Source: Octopus bimaculoides
Lineage: Eukaryota
Length of the DNA stretch: 43,912 bases
Assembly (NCBI RefSeq): GCF_001194135.2
Contig: NC_068983.1
Span: forward strand, 7,879,948-7,923,859
Reading direction: 5' to 3'
Shown: positions 11,087-24,589 of the stretch, piece by piece
Layout: each line of letters begins with the position of its first letter
Numbering within the stretch: position 1 is the stretch's first letter
Notes under the pieces: generated by a model
Databases searched by the model: none
Told to the model about the DNA's origin: nothing
Seen by the model: the letters and a program-made list of their open reading frames with translations, nothing else
Program-made: the position numbers and the translations under genes

Positions 11087-12476
11087 TATGTTTGTTTAGT
11101 TTACAACGTTGAAGTTAACTTCTCTTGATGGTCGAACTTAGGAGCGGACTCTGCCAGTCTGATTTATATTGGTACATTATGTAAAGGCATCGCATCTTGT
11201 TACACCTCTAGAATGAAAGGACAAGCGAAATCAATGAAGCATAATATAATCTAATGAAGAATAATAACAGATTTGAATGTAAAATAAGAAATAAGAAAAA
11301 GAACTGATCTAAAATATCTTTGTAAAGACATAATGAAAACAACTATAAAAAGTCGAAAACAAAGAAGCATAGAAATATGGTGAAGGTTTGGTTTAACAGT
11401 ACGGAGTAAATTGTTTAAAACAAATCAGAGCCAAAAAGAAAGTGAACATAGGAATTATAAGTCAAAAAATCGAAAGTAAATAACACGCCACCAGGAAAGT
11501 TTGCTGAGTTTAGAAGCGAAATGAAAAACTTCCCTAAACATATGTCGTGACATCGTGTTGCTAAAGGTTCTGGGGGGATACTTATCGAGATAACGTCACG
11601 ACATCTTGCGATGGGTCACAAAGCAAAACGGCAAAATAGCAATCGTTCTTTCTCTCTATTAATCTCTCTTCTCTTCTCTGCATACGCATATATACATATA
11701 TGTACACACACACATACACACACACATATATATACATGTACACACGCACACNNNNNNNNNNNNNNNNNNNNNNNNNNNNNNNNNNNNNNNNNNNNNNNNN
11801 NNNNNNNNNNNNNNNNNNNNNNNNNNNNNNNNNNNNNNNNNNNNNNNNNNNNNNNNNNNNNNNNNNNNNNNNNNNNNNNNNNNNNNNNNNNNNNNNNNNN
11901 NNNNNNNNNNNNNNNNNNNNNNNNNNNNNNNNNNNNNNNNNNNNNNNNNNNNNNNNNNNNNNNNNNNNNNNNNNNNNNNNNNNNNNNNNNNNNNNNNNNN
12001 NNNNNNNNNNNNNNNNNNNNNNNNNNNNNNNNNNNNNNNNNNNNNNNNNNNNNNNNNNNNNNNNNNNNNNNNNNNNNNNNNNNNNNNNNNNNNNNNNNNN
12101 NNNNNNNNNNNNNNNNNNNNNNNNNNNNNNNACATATATATATATACATACACATACACACACACATATATATATATATATTTGTACTTATGTTAGCGTG
12201 TATGTGTGTGTGTGTGTGTATTACAATTTTTCTATACATAGGCCACCTTCTTTCTTTCCTTCTCTCCTTCCCTACCAATTCTCTCCTACATCATTTCTGT
12301 TAAAACCAGAACATTAAGTAAAATGTTTTCTCTCCTAGCATATCTATAATGCCATTTGTTTTCTTTTATATTTTTCCGCAACGAATTTCTAGCGAAATAA
12401 TGGTTGCGTTTTCTTTAGAATAAATATGTTGCTTATTTCATTTTCTCTAATCAATGGAGTCGAAATAGTTTCTTAC

Positions 12477-12617
12477 AGTGTGATGGAAGCTTTTGTTCTC
12501 ATTGAAGATTCTGACTTCAACTCTTTCACCAGGACTTTGATTGATATTTTCTATTACTGTAGACATTCTTCGTTCTATATTTGATTTATTTTCCATCGGA
12601 GATAGTTTTCTCATAAG
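12477..12617 (-). CDS. Candidate host-gene coding exon (141 nt, phase 0-0): LMRKLSPMENKSNIERRMSTVIENINQSPGERVEVRIFNENKSFHHT; KCNT/Slo2-like N-terminus suspected
   Basis: Polypyrimidine acceptor TTTCATTTTTCTCTAAAG| and donor |GTAAGA. Only one frame is open and the sequence is non-repetitive. ERVEVRIFNENKSF resembles [14 protein letters not shown] of KCNT1/2 (recalled, not searched). Confidence 0.45.
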
Positions 12618-13163
12618 CTTTAGAGAAAAATGAAAGAGACATCTCTCATGAAAGAGTAAAGAGGCTGGCAGAAAATTTAAGGGAAGATGTAAGTAGAAAA
12701 ATAGAATGTTTCGTAAAAGATGCAAAAAGGCTGACAGGTGGAATAGCCATTAGCATCACGTGTTACTACTATGTGATTGTTGAATGCAGCAGAAGAATTT
12801 TGTTTTATATGACGCCTTAGTGTATCGTAGAAAACCTTATGTTTAGTTCCAGTAAATACTTGTACTGCAAAAACACTTCTGGTGTTTTTGTTATTTTGTT
12901 GTTGCTGGTTTTAGTCATTCTACTACGGTCAGGCTGGTGCAGCAACTTTTAAAGATTCGGCTATTGACTTATCGCTTTTTACAGTTACAACCCTTTTAGT
13001 GACGTAACTAGTATAATGCATTTATAAAGTTATACAAAGGCAGATACAATAAATCTCTCTTTCACTCCCTCTTTCTCCCACTCTCTCTTCCTCTCTCTTC
13101 CTCTCTCTTCCCCTTTCTCCCCTTTTCTCTCTCTCTCTCTATATACATATATACCAATCTCCG

Positions 13164-13230
<67 letters not shown>
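13164..13230. repeat. (TCTA)n microsatellite
   Basis: Read directly. Confidence 0.95.
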
Positions 13231-13231
<1 letters not shown>

Positions 13232-13595
13232 AATGGAAAACTGAAAACGTTACGTTATTTTAGGCATTTTATAATGTTCACGTATTTCAGTAAATCTCAC
13301 GCCTTCTTACTCCATCGGTTCCTTTGTCCTGTATTCTTTCCTCCTACTAGAATAACTTGATTGCACTTAGCGTACTGGTTTATATGGCTCTTAATATATC
13401 TTTTCATGTTGTATTTTTGTTGATAACGCTGACAAAATGAACGGGCTGCATCATATTGCATAAAGAAAGCCTACCGGTTTACGTAATTTACAACGGTCGG
13501 GTAATTGAAACTCGTGTATATTATACAAAAGATAAAATACATGCAACGGCTTATGTATTCATATTCTATGTGGTTCACAGTCTCTGCACAGTCAC

Positions 13596-13710
13596 CTGTC
13601 CATAAGTATGATGGCTTTTGTGAGCCCTAAAATTACGCAAAATAGAGAAACGAGGAACATATCTTTTGTGGTTAAAGGTCTTAGTAACGTTTCGCGTTCT
13701 GGTGTACCAT
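13596..13710 (-). CDS. Candidate exon (115 nt): WYTRTRNVTKTFNHKRYVPRFSILRNFRAHKSHHTYGQ if phase 2-0
   Basis: CTTTAG| acceptor and AG|GTGACT donor. The phase 2-0 frame is open and fits between the 27944 and 12617 candidates, but a second frame (DGTPERETLL..) is also open. Confidence 0.3.
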
Positions 13711-13851
13711 CTAAAGTATATATATATCTATCGGCAAGAAATCTTGAAATAAACTGAATAATGACATACATACATACATACATACATACATGCATACATA
13801 CTTGCATGCATGCATACATACATACATACATACATACATGCATACATGCAT

Positions 13852-13905
<54 letters not shown>

Positions 13906-14174
13906 TTCATATGAAATAGAATCAATATTAAATTTAAATAGGCATGTATGTATCATATTTAGTGTAAATATATTGTTGAAAGGCAAATTTACTGCTGTAT
14001 TCATCCTGAGATAACATTTCTTATGGACATTCTCTGTTTAAAAAACACAATATATATCGGAGTGTGATGAGAATTCTCCCAGCAGCGGCTAGTGAGAATG
14101 CTAGATCCATTTCGGCCTTGTTTAGCCTTGTCAAAGGTGCTTAATCACAATCAGCCACATGTTTAGACGTACAC

Positions 14175-14296
14175 TAGTTTATCGATTCCTAAAGGTAGAG
14201 TTGACTTAAGTGAGATTTAAACCCAAAATGTAAAGAGTCGGATGAAATGCCGCTGAGCATTCTTTCCTACGTTCTAACGTTTCTCTTAGCTCACAA
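14175..14296 (-). mobile_element. SINE family D, degenerate
   Basis: GATTTAAACCCAAAATGTAAAGAGTCGGATGAAATGCCGCTGAGCATT matches the 34642 copy. Confidence 0.65.
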
Positions 14297-15220
14297 CCGG
14301 TATACAACGATACACACAGCAGCAAATCTTATGCAAGAGTAGTTTCTACCGAGTGGTATCTATTTACAATTAGATAGACTGCATCATTTGACAGTCATTG
14401 TATTGAACAAGGATATGAGGTGGTTGACAATGACAAAAGTTACATCAGATTTAATAACGAAGATATCATCACGGAAAGAATAATTAATAGATTGTTATTT
14501 TAGATCTAAAAGCCACTGTGCTAAAATAGCCTTCCTCATCGATAATTCAGTAATTTTAATCATAAATTAATCATGATAATGGCGATGAAAATGTCGATGG
14601 CAATAATAAAAGACAACGTTGATAACCATGATAACGTAATGTTACGGTATTAGAAGTAATTTATTTCACTATTCATCACAAAATTAGCCATTTTTCTAAA
14701 ATTTGATTTTAGCTCCATTCCTTGGTGTCACAAAAATATAACTATAGAATTTTTCTGTCAGTTACTTCATCCATTTCCTCTGCTAAGATATCTTATCAAA
14801 ATAAGATATAATTTATCAGTAATGAAGTTTTAACAGAATCCCTATGAAACCCAATGTATTTTGACGTTACAAACATTCAATTGGGAAAAAGCAATTCAGT
14901 TTAATCTGCAACTTTGATTAGGTAGTGACTGTATACAAAGCTCAAGCAAGACTCCACAGTAAAATACTGCTTCTCCCTCGACTGCGATGATGTAGCTCTT
15001 ATACATACAAATAGACGAAATGGGTGTGTTTGATAACCAGCTGTAACTGTGAAGTAGACCTGCTATGGCCATCATGTCGTTTTATCTGACAGTATATTTA
15101 GAATTACATTACCAATAACATTATTAAAAATGAGATAGGACCAGATTTAAAAGGGACATCGTTGCTGTTTTATAACAAGTTATGTAATTACGTAGAGGTT
15201 ATCGAATTTGTGTGTCCACC

Positions 15221-15379
15221 TTCGTCCGTCTATACGTTCTTAGTTCAAATTCCGCCAAGGTTGACTTTGCATTTTGTCCTTTCGGAGTCAATAAAATAAA
15301 CACCAGTTGAACACTGGAATCGATGTAATCGACTTACCAAATGCCTTAAATTGGTGGCCTTGTGGCAAAATTTAAAACC
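15221..15379 (+). mobile_element. SINE family D, 5'-truncated
   Basis: B-box GTTCAAATTCC at 15243, then GACTTTGC..CCAGTTGAACACTGG..GGCCTTGTGGCAAAATTT. Confidence 0.8.
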
Positions 15380-15964
15380 TTATTTTATCCACAAGCAGGG
15401 TCTGTAAAAGTGGTGGTGGATGTTTACTGATGTAACGACCCAGTGCTCGGAGAGCTAAGTTGGGTTTCGTGGATATCTGACAAACTCCTCACCACCCCCA
15501 AACAGCTGCCTTCCTGAGCTTTTTAACAGGGTGTGAGCGGATTCCGAAAACAGACTTGTTGCGAAAATGTCACTTATAGGCCTGGGGCCAGAAGTAATCT
15601 CTGGTTAAACGAACTCAGAAGCAAAAGACGTCATAAAATCATTGCAACAACATCTAATACTTCTCCTTTTGATAAGATGGTGGGGTGCTTAAATGAGAAA
15701 GAGAGAGAGAGAGAGAAAGGAAGGGAGGGGAGAAAGATTTGATAGTTATTTTTAGTAGGTCAAGCAACCAAGGTAAAACAACTAATTAGTAGTCTTCGTT
15801 ATTACCTGTTTTATCTGTGTTAAAGGTAAGGTTCTGTAACGCTCTTGAAACAATTTTAGGGTAAAGCAAAATATAAGAAAATTTATTGCTATGTTTTATA
15901 ATATACTATGAAATTCTTCTCATGTGGTAATTGTCATATCTAAGGGAGCACTTAGATTTCGAAT

Positions 15965-16264
15965 ACGAGGGTCCCAGCTGATATGATAAACGGAAAAGCT
16001 TGCTCGTGAAATTAACGTGCAAGTGGCTGAGCACTCCACAGACACGTGTACCCTCAACGTAGTTCTGAGGGAGATTCAGCGTGACACAGAGTGTGACAAG
16101 GCCAGCCCATTGAAATACAGGTACTACTCATTTTTGTTAGCTGAGTGGACTGGAGCAACGTGAAATAAAGTATCTTGCTCAAGGAAAAAACGCGTCCCTG
16201 GGAATTGAACTCACGTCCTTACAATCGCCACATGCCGCATGCCCTAATTACTAAGCCACGCGCC
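15965..16264 (-). mobile_element. tRNA-headed SINE family B, near full length
   Basis: Reverse-complement head GGCGCGTGGCTTAGT..GAGTTCAATTCCC (A and B boxes), CCTTGAGCAAGATACT, and the conserved body GTGTCTGTGGAGTGCTCAGCCACTTGCACGTTAATTTCACGAGC. Confidence 0.9.
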
Positions 16265-17230
16265 TTCACACAATTGTCATATCTACCTAAATGGATAATT
16301 TATACCTGTTATTGACTGATAAATAGCAAACAATAACCAGTTTGTTCAAGTGAGAAAGAATGCAAGGTTGTAACAAATCCTAAGCAAATCCAAATACGAT
16401 CCACTGTAATTCTAAGTATGATCTTTTAAGTGTTAAACACAAGCGTCTCTTTAGAATTTTTTCTGAGAAGAAATAGACTATAACACACCACTCGCATGTA
16501 CGATAAGAAATGGTGGTAAATGTGTAAATAATGCAAGCTGAGAAAAATGGAAATGCGTTAATCGACTGAGAACTGTATATAGTCGGAGCCAAGAGTACAT
16601 TCAACAACTCCTTACAAGGGTGGATACGGATTTGCCAACGATAACATGTGTACCTGCACCATAGAACACAAACCGAGGTAAAATTTCTATTGTGAAAACC
16701 CATGTACGCCAGCTGACCTCGAGGGACAAATTAGTTGAAGAAGAGAAGTTAGCAGTTTGTTCACTGAAAGATATTTTACAAGAAAGCTAGATATATTGTA
16801 GTTCCATACAAATATATTATTTGACTATCATTGCTGTAAAGTTAATGGAGAATTTTAGCAGAATATGAAATAAAAACTTCAAGAGAAAGTTAATGGAGAG
16901 TGTAGAAGCCATATAAAGAATATAATTATTTCTTCTCAAAACGTATGAAAATTAGTATATAACGAATGATATGTATATGCATTTACGAACATTCTGACAT
17001 AACTACATACATACATCTACACATGCATACATGCATACATGCGCTCACACACATATGCGTATGTATAAGTATATACAAGCTTGATACATACAAGCATATG
17101 CTTACACACACACACACACACACGCATCTTTGTCCTTTGTATATGTTTATGTAGATATGTATGCAAATATATGCATACATCCAGGTATACACATAAATAT
17201 ATATATGTATATATATATATATACATATTC

Positions 17231-17271
<41 letters not shown>

Positions 17272-17890
17272 NNNNNNNNNNNNNNNNNNNNNNNNNNNNN
17301 NNNNNNNNNNNNNNNNNNNNNNNNNNNNNNNNNNNNNNNNNNNNNNNNNNNNNNNNNNNNNNNNNNNNNNNNNNNNNNNNNNNNNNNNNNNNNNNNNNNN
17401 NNNNNNNNNNNNNNNNNNNNNNNNNNNNNNNNNNNNNNNNNNNNNNNNNNNNNNNNNNNNNNNNNNNNNNNNNNNNNNNNNNNNNNNNNNNNNNNNNNNN
17501 NNNNNNNNNNNNNNNNNNNNNNNNNNNNNNNNNNNNNNNNNNNNNNNNNNNNNNNNNNNNNNNNNNNNNNNNNNNNNNNNNNNNNNNNNNNNNNNNNNNN
17601 NNNNNNNNNNNNNNNNNNNNNNNNNNNNNNNNNNNNNNNNNNNNNNNNNNNNNNNNNNNNNNNNNNNNNNNNNNNNNNNNNNNNNNNNNNNNNNNNNNNN
17701 NNNNNNNNNNNNNNNNNNNNNNNNNNNNNNNNNNNNNNNNNNNNNNNNNNNNNNNNNNNNNNNNNNNNNNNNNNNNNNNNNNNAAAGCAACAGTAACATC
17801 CACCCCTAGGGGTCAGCCACACTTAAGTGGCAATATACTACACTTTATCGTGCAGTTACTGTTAATACTTCATTTAGAGAATTAACATTG

Positions 17891-17935
<45 letters not shown>

Positions 17936-18758
17936 TTGGAAAAGGATGCGTGGCGTTCGATCATATAATAATATAAATCATATATAAAATATATGCATAT
18001 ATCCATACATATATGTGCGTACCTACCTCTATATGTGTACATACATGCATATATGGGTACAGGACATCAAAAAACGTTAAACACAATGATTGTGAGTCCG
18101 ACACTCTGAACACTGAGTCATGCGTCTTCACACACATATCGCGCGCACGCGTATAGTTGAGGTCATAAGAATTTCAGAAAATTTCGTAAGAACGTTAAAT
18201 AATTCTTTTTCATGTTCTCTCAAAAGTTTATAAAATTCTTTTGACGTCTATAATACACAATTGTCGCTAGTAAGAAGAAAGTTTCTGAGATAGAGAATTT
18301 TGAAGGATTGCCACGGTTCAATGGCAAAGTGCCTGTCGTGTCTACTGGAATTGTGGGTTTGTGTCCCACAGGTAGCCATCGAAATTTCTGTTAAAAAGGG
18401 CCTTTCACCACAATATTTACATGCTATTGTGTATATCTTTATGTGCTTCGAGTTCTAGCATTCCAGGAAAAATTGTATGCCTAAACACACATATACACAT
18501 ACACACATATATGCAGGTATGAATGTATTTATATATCGCAAGAGCCAAAAAATAAAGAAAACAGAAGCATAAACAACAAAAGTACAAGTGAGGGTCAGAG
18601 TTAATATTATTAGCTTGACGCTCAAGGAAGCGATCAATATTTAATGTCAAACTCATAACGTTTCGGACATAGTCTTTTGTCAGATACAACAGTTAAGTCC
18701 AGAAGTAGCAGGAAAAGAAGAAAGGAGATAAAAACCGGCAAGGGAATAGGTCTACATC

Positions 18759-18793
<35 letters not shown>

Positions 18794-18798
18794 TTCTC

Positions 18799-18852
<54 letters not shown>

Positions 18853-19549
18853 CACTCAGACGCACAAACGCACTCGTATGCTTATTTTATTGAAAGGCAA
18901 TACCCTTCTGACCTTTTGTTGTAAAGGCTCAGAACCTTATGTCGGCAAATGGATGAATAATCCACAACACATGGATTATCCTTAAACTAATCTGGTGTGT
19001 TAAAGTTTATAAGCGAATGAATTCTCATAACAATACCTAGGACTTAAACTGGCTTTTAGATTGTCTACTGCCCATGAACAAGAATAAGCCTTTCGATAGG
19101 GTTTTCCAAAGTATTTGTTTGCCTACTTTTACAGGCAAGGCTTGAACAAACCCATTCTGTCGTAGAAAACACTGACACGCCGTGTCATGTACGTGAATCG
19201 AAACTGAAGCCATGAGACTGCGCAGAGAATTTTACCACGAGAAATTGAAACGGTAAATCGAATGATATGATCTTGATGTGCATGTTATCAGATTCATGCA
19301 CGGACACAACCAGCGCTGGTAGAAATATTTTATGTCACATTATATGACCGGTAATACGTTATCTCAAGATTTTTATTGACGTTTTCAAACAATAACATAA
19401 ATGATACCGGAAGTCAATGAGGGTACTTCTATACGACTCTCGACCTGCAAGTCAAATCATATCCCGAGTTCTTAAAAAAAGAAGAACGCTTTAACCGCAA
19501 AGGACTTGATACAACAACATCGATAATAATGATAATTCTTTCTAGTACT

Positions 19550-19841
19550 GGCGTCGCTTATGACGTCAGGGGTTCCAGTTGATCCGATCAACGGAACAGC
19601 CTGCTCGTGAAATTAACGTGCAAGTGGCTGAGCACTCCACAGACACGTGTACCCTTAACGTTGTTCTCGGGGATATTCAGCGTGACACAGAGTGTGACAA
19701 GGCTGACCTTTTGAATTACAGGCACAACAGAAACAGGAAGTAAGAGTGAGAGAAAGTTGTGGTGGAAGAGTACAGCAGGGTTCGCCACCATCCCCTGCCG
19801 GAGCCTCGTGGAGCTTCAGGTGTTTTCGCTCAATAAACACT
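19550..19841 (-). mobile_element. SINE B variant: same 3' body, different central segment, head lost in the gap
   Basis: Near-identical to the 15965 copy over about 160 nt, then diverges after GAATTACAGG. Confidence 0.85.
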
Positions 19842-20915
19842 NNNNNNNNNNNNNNNNNNNNNNNNNNNNNNNNNNNNNNNNNNNNNNNNNNNNNNNNNNN
19901 NNNNNNNNNNNNNNNNNNNNNNNNNNNNNNNNNNNNNNNNNNNNNNNNNNNNNNNNNNNNNNNNNNNNNNNNNNNNNNNNNNNNNNNNNNNNNNNNNNNN
20001 NNNNNNNNNNNNNNNNNNNNNNNNNNNNNNNNNNNNNNNNNNNNNNNNNNNNNNNNNNNNNNNNNNNNNNNNNNNNNNNNNNNNNNNNNNNNNNNNNNNN
20101 NNNNNNNNNNNNNNNNNNNNNNNNNNNNNNNNNNNNNNNNNNNNNNNNNNNNNNNNNNNNNNNNNNNNNNNNNNNNNNNNNNNNNNNNNNNNNNNNNNNN
20201 NNNNNNNNNNNNNNNNNNNNNNNNNNNNNNNNNNNNNNNNNNNNNNNNNNNNNNNNNNNNNNNNNNNNNNNNNNNNNNNNNNNNNNNNNNNNNNNNNNNN
20301 NNNNNNNNNNNNNNNNNNNNNNNNNNNNNNNNNNNNNNNNNNNNNNNNNNNNNNNNNNNNNNNNNNNNNNNNNNNNNNNNNNNNNNNNNNNNNNNNNNNN
20401 NNNNNNNNNNNNNNNNNNNNNNNNNNNNNNNNNNNNNNNNNNNNNNNNNNNNNNNNNNNNNNNNNNNNNNNNNNNNNNNNNNNNNNNNNNNNNNNNNNNN
20501 NNNNNNNNNNNNNNNNNNNNNNNNNNNNNNNNNNNNNNNNNNNNNNNNNNNNNNNNNNNNNNNNNNNNNNNNNNNNNNNNNNNNNNNNNNNNNNNNNNNN
20601 NNNNNNNNNNNNNNNNNNNNNNNNNNNNNNNNNNNNNNNNNNNNNNNNNNNNNNNNNNNNNNNNNNNNNNNNNNNNNNNNNNNNNNNNNNNNNNNNNNNN
20701 NNNNNNNNNNNNATATATATATATATATAGATAGATAGATACACAATCACACACTCTCAAACAAACGAGTATCCTTCTACGCGGTTACTCGATCAATCAA
20801 AAATAGCAAACAAATCTCCTTCGATTCGTACGTACAAGGATATAACATAAATACAACACTGCTTTTAACAACTTGCTTAGTCACAAACATAGATTCACAC
20901 ACACACGCATGCACG

Positions 20916-20951
<36 letters not shown>

Positions 20952-21225
20952 GAGCAAGCTAGATTCAAATACAAAAATAATGGAGCCTCAATGTGATAGG
21001 CTAGTTTGTTAGAAATAGAAGCTAAACTTCCCTTATAATCACACTCTGTTGTCTTAAATTAGTGAGAGCACATTGGAAAAATGAGGCCCTTGATGTAGAA
21101 AATGACAAAATAGACACGGTTGGAACTCTGTTTGCTTAGCCTGAGCAATGAATATTGCATATTAGATATAATGCTGTGGATTTAAACGATTCTGACAGCT
21201 CATCAACTTTGTATATTTAAATACT

Positions 21226-21415
21226 GGTTTCAAATTTTGGCACAAAGCCAACAATTTTGGGGTATGGGAAGGGTCGATACAATTATTTTATCGAACTCGA
21301 GGGATGAAACGCAATGTCGACCTCAGTGAAATTTGAACTCAGAACGTAGAGATTAACGAAATGCCGCCAAGCATTATACCCAGCGTGCTATACGATTCTA
21401 CCAGCTCACTGCCTT
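21226..21415 (-). mobile_element. SINE family D
   Basis: GGTTTCAAATTTTGGCACAAAGCC...GAAATTTGAACTCAGAACGT...ACCAGCTCACTGCCTT. Confidence 0.8.
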
Positions 21416-21594
21416 TGTAGGTTTAGATATTGAAATCTGTTCTATTTAGTTTCCTTCAATGACGTTGTTGTGGTCAAATCTGTCAGATATACATCAATCG
21501 TTGTTGAAATGAAGTAACACTCTTCAGTTTGAATGAACTAGATCTAAGATGAAGTAATAAAGAGGATGCTGACGTAGATACTATAGACACAGTC

Positions 21595-21684
21595 ATGGAT
21601 GTGTGGTTCAGAGAATCGCTTCGCGACCATGTGGTTTCGGGCTTAGCCTCACTGCACAGCCCCATGGGCAAGTGTCTTTTAATG
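21595..21684 (+). mobile_element. SINE A head, degenerate, ending at the mariner TA site
   Basis: GTGTGGTT..ACCATGTGGTTTCGGG..CACTGC..GGGCAAGTGTCTT. Confidence 0.6.
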
Positions 21685-21686
21685 TA

Positions 21687-22092
21687 TCAGGTCATCCCGT
21701 AAGTGTTGTCCGAATTTTGAACAAAGAAAACAAGTGATCAAATGTTATATTTAATTGAAATTTAATCATCAATATACTTTCCCTGATTATCTATGACTTG
21801 CTTCCATCTATTTACAAGCTTTTTAATCCCATCGATGTAAAACTGTTTTCGTTTCAAAGCGAAGAACTCTGAAATGTCAGTTTCGACCTCCTCCTGGCTT
21901 GCAAAAGTTATGTCCCCGAAATGATTCTGTAAACTATGAAACAAATGGTAGTCTGAAGGAGCAAGGTCGGGAGAATAAGGTAGACGAGAAATTTTTTCCC
22001 AAACAAGCTCTTCGATCTTCTGTAATGTGATCTTAGCAGTGTAGGGTCACGCATTGTCCTGATGAAGCATCACTCCATCACGCCACTACACT
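21687..22092 (-). mobile_element. Mariner transposon 3' part (D34D catalytic end and 3' TIR)
   Basis: GVMLHQDNA*PYTAK..LPYSPDLAPSDYHLFHSLQNH..RWKQVIDNQGKYIDD*; I counted 34 residues between the two Asp residues. TA at 21685-21686, then TIR TCAGGTCATCCCGTAAGTGTTGTCCG. Confidence 0.95.
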
Positions 22093-22515
22093 AAAAAGAT
22101 TGAAACAGTGCAGCGGATGAGCTACAGAGATAGGCTGAGAAAACTACAGCTTTACTCCCTGGAGCGAAGGCGTGAGAGATATGAAATAATATACAAATGG
22201 AAAATCCTAGAAGGGCTAGTACCTAAATTTGGCATTGAGTATTATACGAATGCCAGCTGGCTGCCCTTGTATTGTATCAAAGGTACCATCCACTTCATCT
22301 AAATTCAGGACCAGGTACTGCAATAGTCTAGGGTTCAAAGGCCCATGGCTCTTCAGTGCCTTGCCACAAAAATTAAGAAATTTGCATAAGGTGGAAGTGG
22401 AGATCTTCAAAAAGAAACTAGACATCTTCCTCTCCACCATACCGGATGAACCAACAACCCTATATGAAGTAGAAACAAGGACAGCGGAATCAAACCGCAT
22501 TATGCACCATATGTA
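22093..22515 (+). mobile_element. CR1/L2-group LINE, ORF2 C-terminal remnant
   Basis: KIETVQR..SYRDRLRKLQLYSLERRRERYEIIYKWKILEGLVP, then in a shifted frame NSLGFKGPWLFSALPQKLRN..FKKKLDIFLSTIPDEP. These are typical CR1-like C-terminal motifs. Confidence 0.85.
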
Positions 22516-22585
22516 CGAACAGCTGAGACAACGGCACATACAGGAGTGATGTGAAACACCCAGTCTGAAGAAGTCAGAAGCACTA

Positions 22586-22645
22586 TGGTGGTGCTCCAGC
22601 ATGACAACGGCCGCATGACTGAAACGAGTAAAAGAGTAAATACAA

Positions 22646-22734
<89 letters not shown>

Positions 22735-23000
22735 TAGATATACTTATATATACACATATGTGTCTGTGTGTATGTGCATGTGTATGTGTATGTGTGTGTG
22801 TTTGTGTTTGACTGCCACCGCTTGAAATCGTAAATGGCTTGTTACGTCCCCATAACTTAGTGGTTCAGTAAAATAAAAGATAAAATAAATACCAGACTTA
22901 ACGAAGAAAAAGACTGGGATCGATTTATTCGACTGAAACCCTTCAAGGCGGTGCTACAACATAGCTGTAGTCGAAAAACTGAAGCAAGTAAAATAAGAGA
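22586..23000 (+). mobile_element. Two SINE A 3' pieces (22586-22640 and about 22770-23000) separated by (CA)n/(TA)n
   Basis: GGTGCTCCAGCATG..ATGACTGAAACGAGTAAAAGAG and TCGACTGAAACCCTTCAAGGCGGTGCT. Confidence 0.8.
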
Positions 23001-24284
23001 GTGAGCTATGGAAAAGAAGTCTAAATAAATAAAATTCACCTGTACTGAGGAGATAAATGCATATTTTGATGTTTAATTGCGGTCAAGGATAGCAGGGTAG
23101 ACAACCTCGGAGTTGAAGTAAAACAGAATGTAGTGGGGAAGGGAGCGTGATGTTTGGCAGTATGGTTATAACGTTGACATGTTTCAGTCATATCAGGTCT
23201 CATCACCAAAGCACAGCCTAACCATTATTGTTAAATGTTTGATGATATGAGACAAATATAATATTTTAGTGAATAAAGACAGTCGTGTGATGATTTGCAC
23301 AAAATGACTGATGATCAGATAATTTTTCTATGCGAAAGTAGTAAGGAATAGAAAATAGAAAACTGAAAAAGACAGAAACAAACAAACAAAAAAACAAAAC
23401 CTTATAAGCATTTGATTGATGTTGTTAGCTGCAACAACAGTCGTAACACGCATAGTCACAACTTAGAAATACAAATTCGCACAAAACATAACACACACAC
23501 GCACACGCACGCACACACAGACACACAGACACACATGCGCGTGCGCACATACAGAAAAAGCAAAAAAAAAAACAAAAAAGCCGCAAACAGTAAGCTGCAT
23601 CGAAGGCAAATTTGTTTGTTACATTTTTCAGCAGATCACGTAATTTCATTCAAGTACACTTTCGGCGCTATCACTGTCGACACACACAGACAGAGACATA
23701 GACACACAGGCACTCACACACACATACGTACACACACACATACACACACACACACACACANNNNNNNNNNNNNNNNNNNNNNNNNNNNNNNNNNNNNNNN
23801 NNNNNNNNNNNNNNNNNNNNNNNNNNNNNNNNNNNNNNNNNNNNNNNNNNNNNNNNNNNNNNNNNNNNNNNNNNNNNNNNNNNNNNNNNNNNNNNNNNNN
23901 NNNNNNNNNNNNNNNNNNNNNNNNNNNNNNNNNNNNNNNNNNNNNNNNNNNNNNNNNNNNNNNNNNNNNNNNNNNNNNNNNNNNNNNNNNNNNNNNNNNN
24001 NNNNNNNNNNNNNNNNNNNNNNNNNNNNNNNNNNNNNNNNNNNNNNNNNNNNNNNNNNNNNNNNNNNNNNNNNNNNNNNNNNNNNNNNNNATCTATTCAC
24101 ATACACCACCACCCCATATGTATATATATATATATGAAAGTCTATGAGGATTACTTAATACAGTTTTTGAAGTATAAAGGGGGATTTCTAAACAGAATTT
24201 TTATTAGAAAATGTGTTATGAAACCTTTCATGAGGATGGTACTAACCTTTTTCTAGTGTGTCTATATATGAATGTAATATGGAT

Positions 24285-24340
<56 letters not shown>

Positions 24341-24589
24341 GTTTATATAGGGGTGAAAAATAATTTGGAGGGAGATTCCACGTGGTGGTAAATATAGAAT
24401 AAGAATGAAGGTGAAAAAGCAGAGAAATCTTGTTTGTGTGGATAAAGATTTTTGTAGTTGTACTGGAGAGGAGAGCTGAAGGGGAATAATCACTGAATAT
24501 AATGCTTTTATAGCTAAAGGTATAATCAGTGGAATAAATATTTCTGAGTTAAGGGGAGGTAAATCTTTTTTCTGTTATTCTGGTTGATT

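Noticed and set aside
16380-16703. 107-aa minus ORF, and a plus-strand SEPRVHSTTPYKGGYGFANDNMCTCTIEHKP exon-like segment
   Set aside because: Several frames and strands are equally plausible, acceptors are weak, and no motif was recognised.
22059-22110. CTGATGA ... GAAAC as a further hammerhead
   Set aside because: CTGATGA is the antisense of the mariner LHQD codons, and no stem II or stem I can be drawn.
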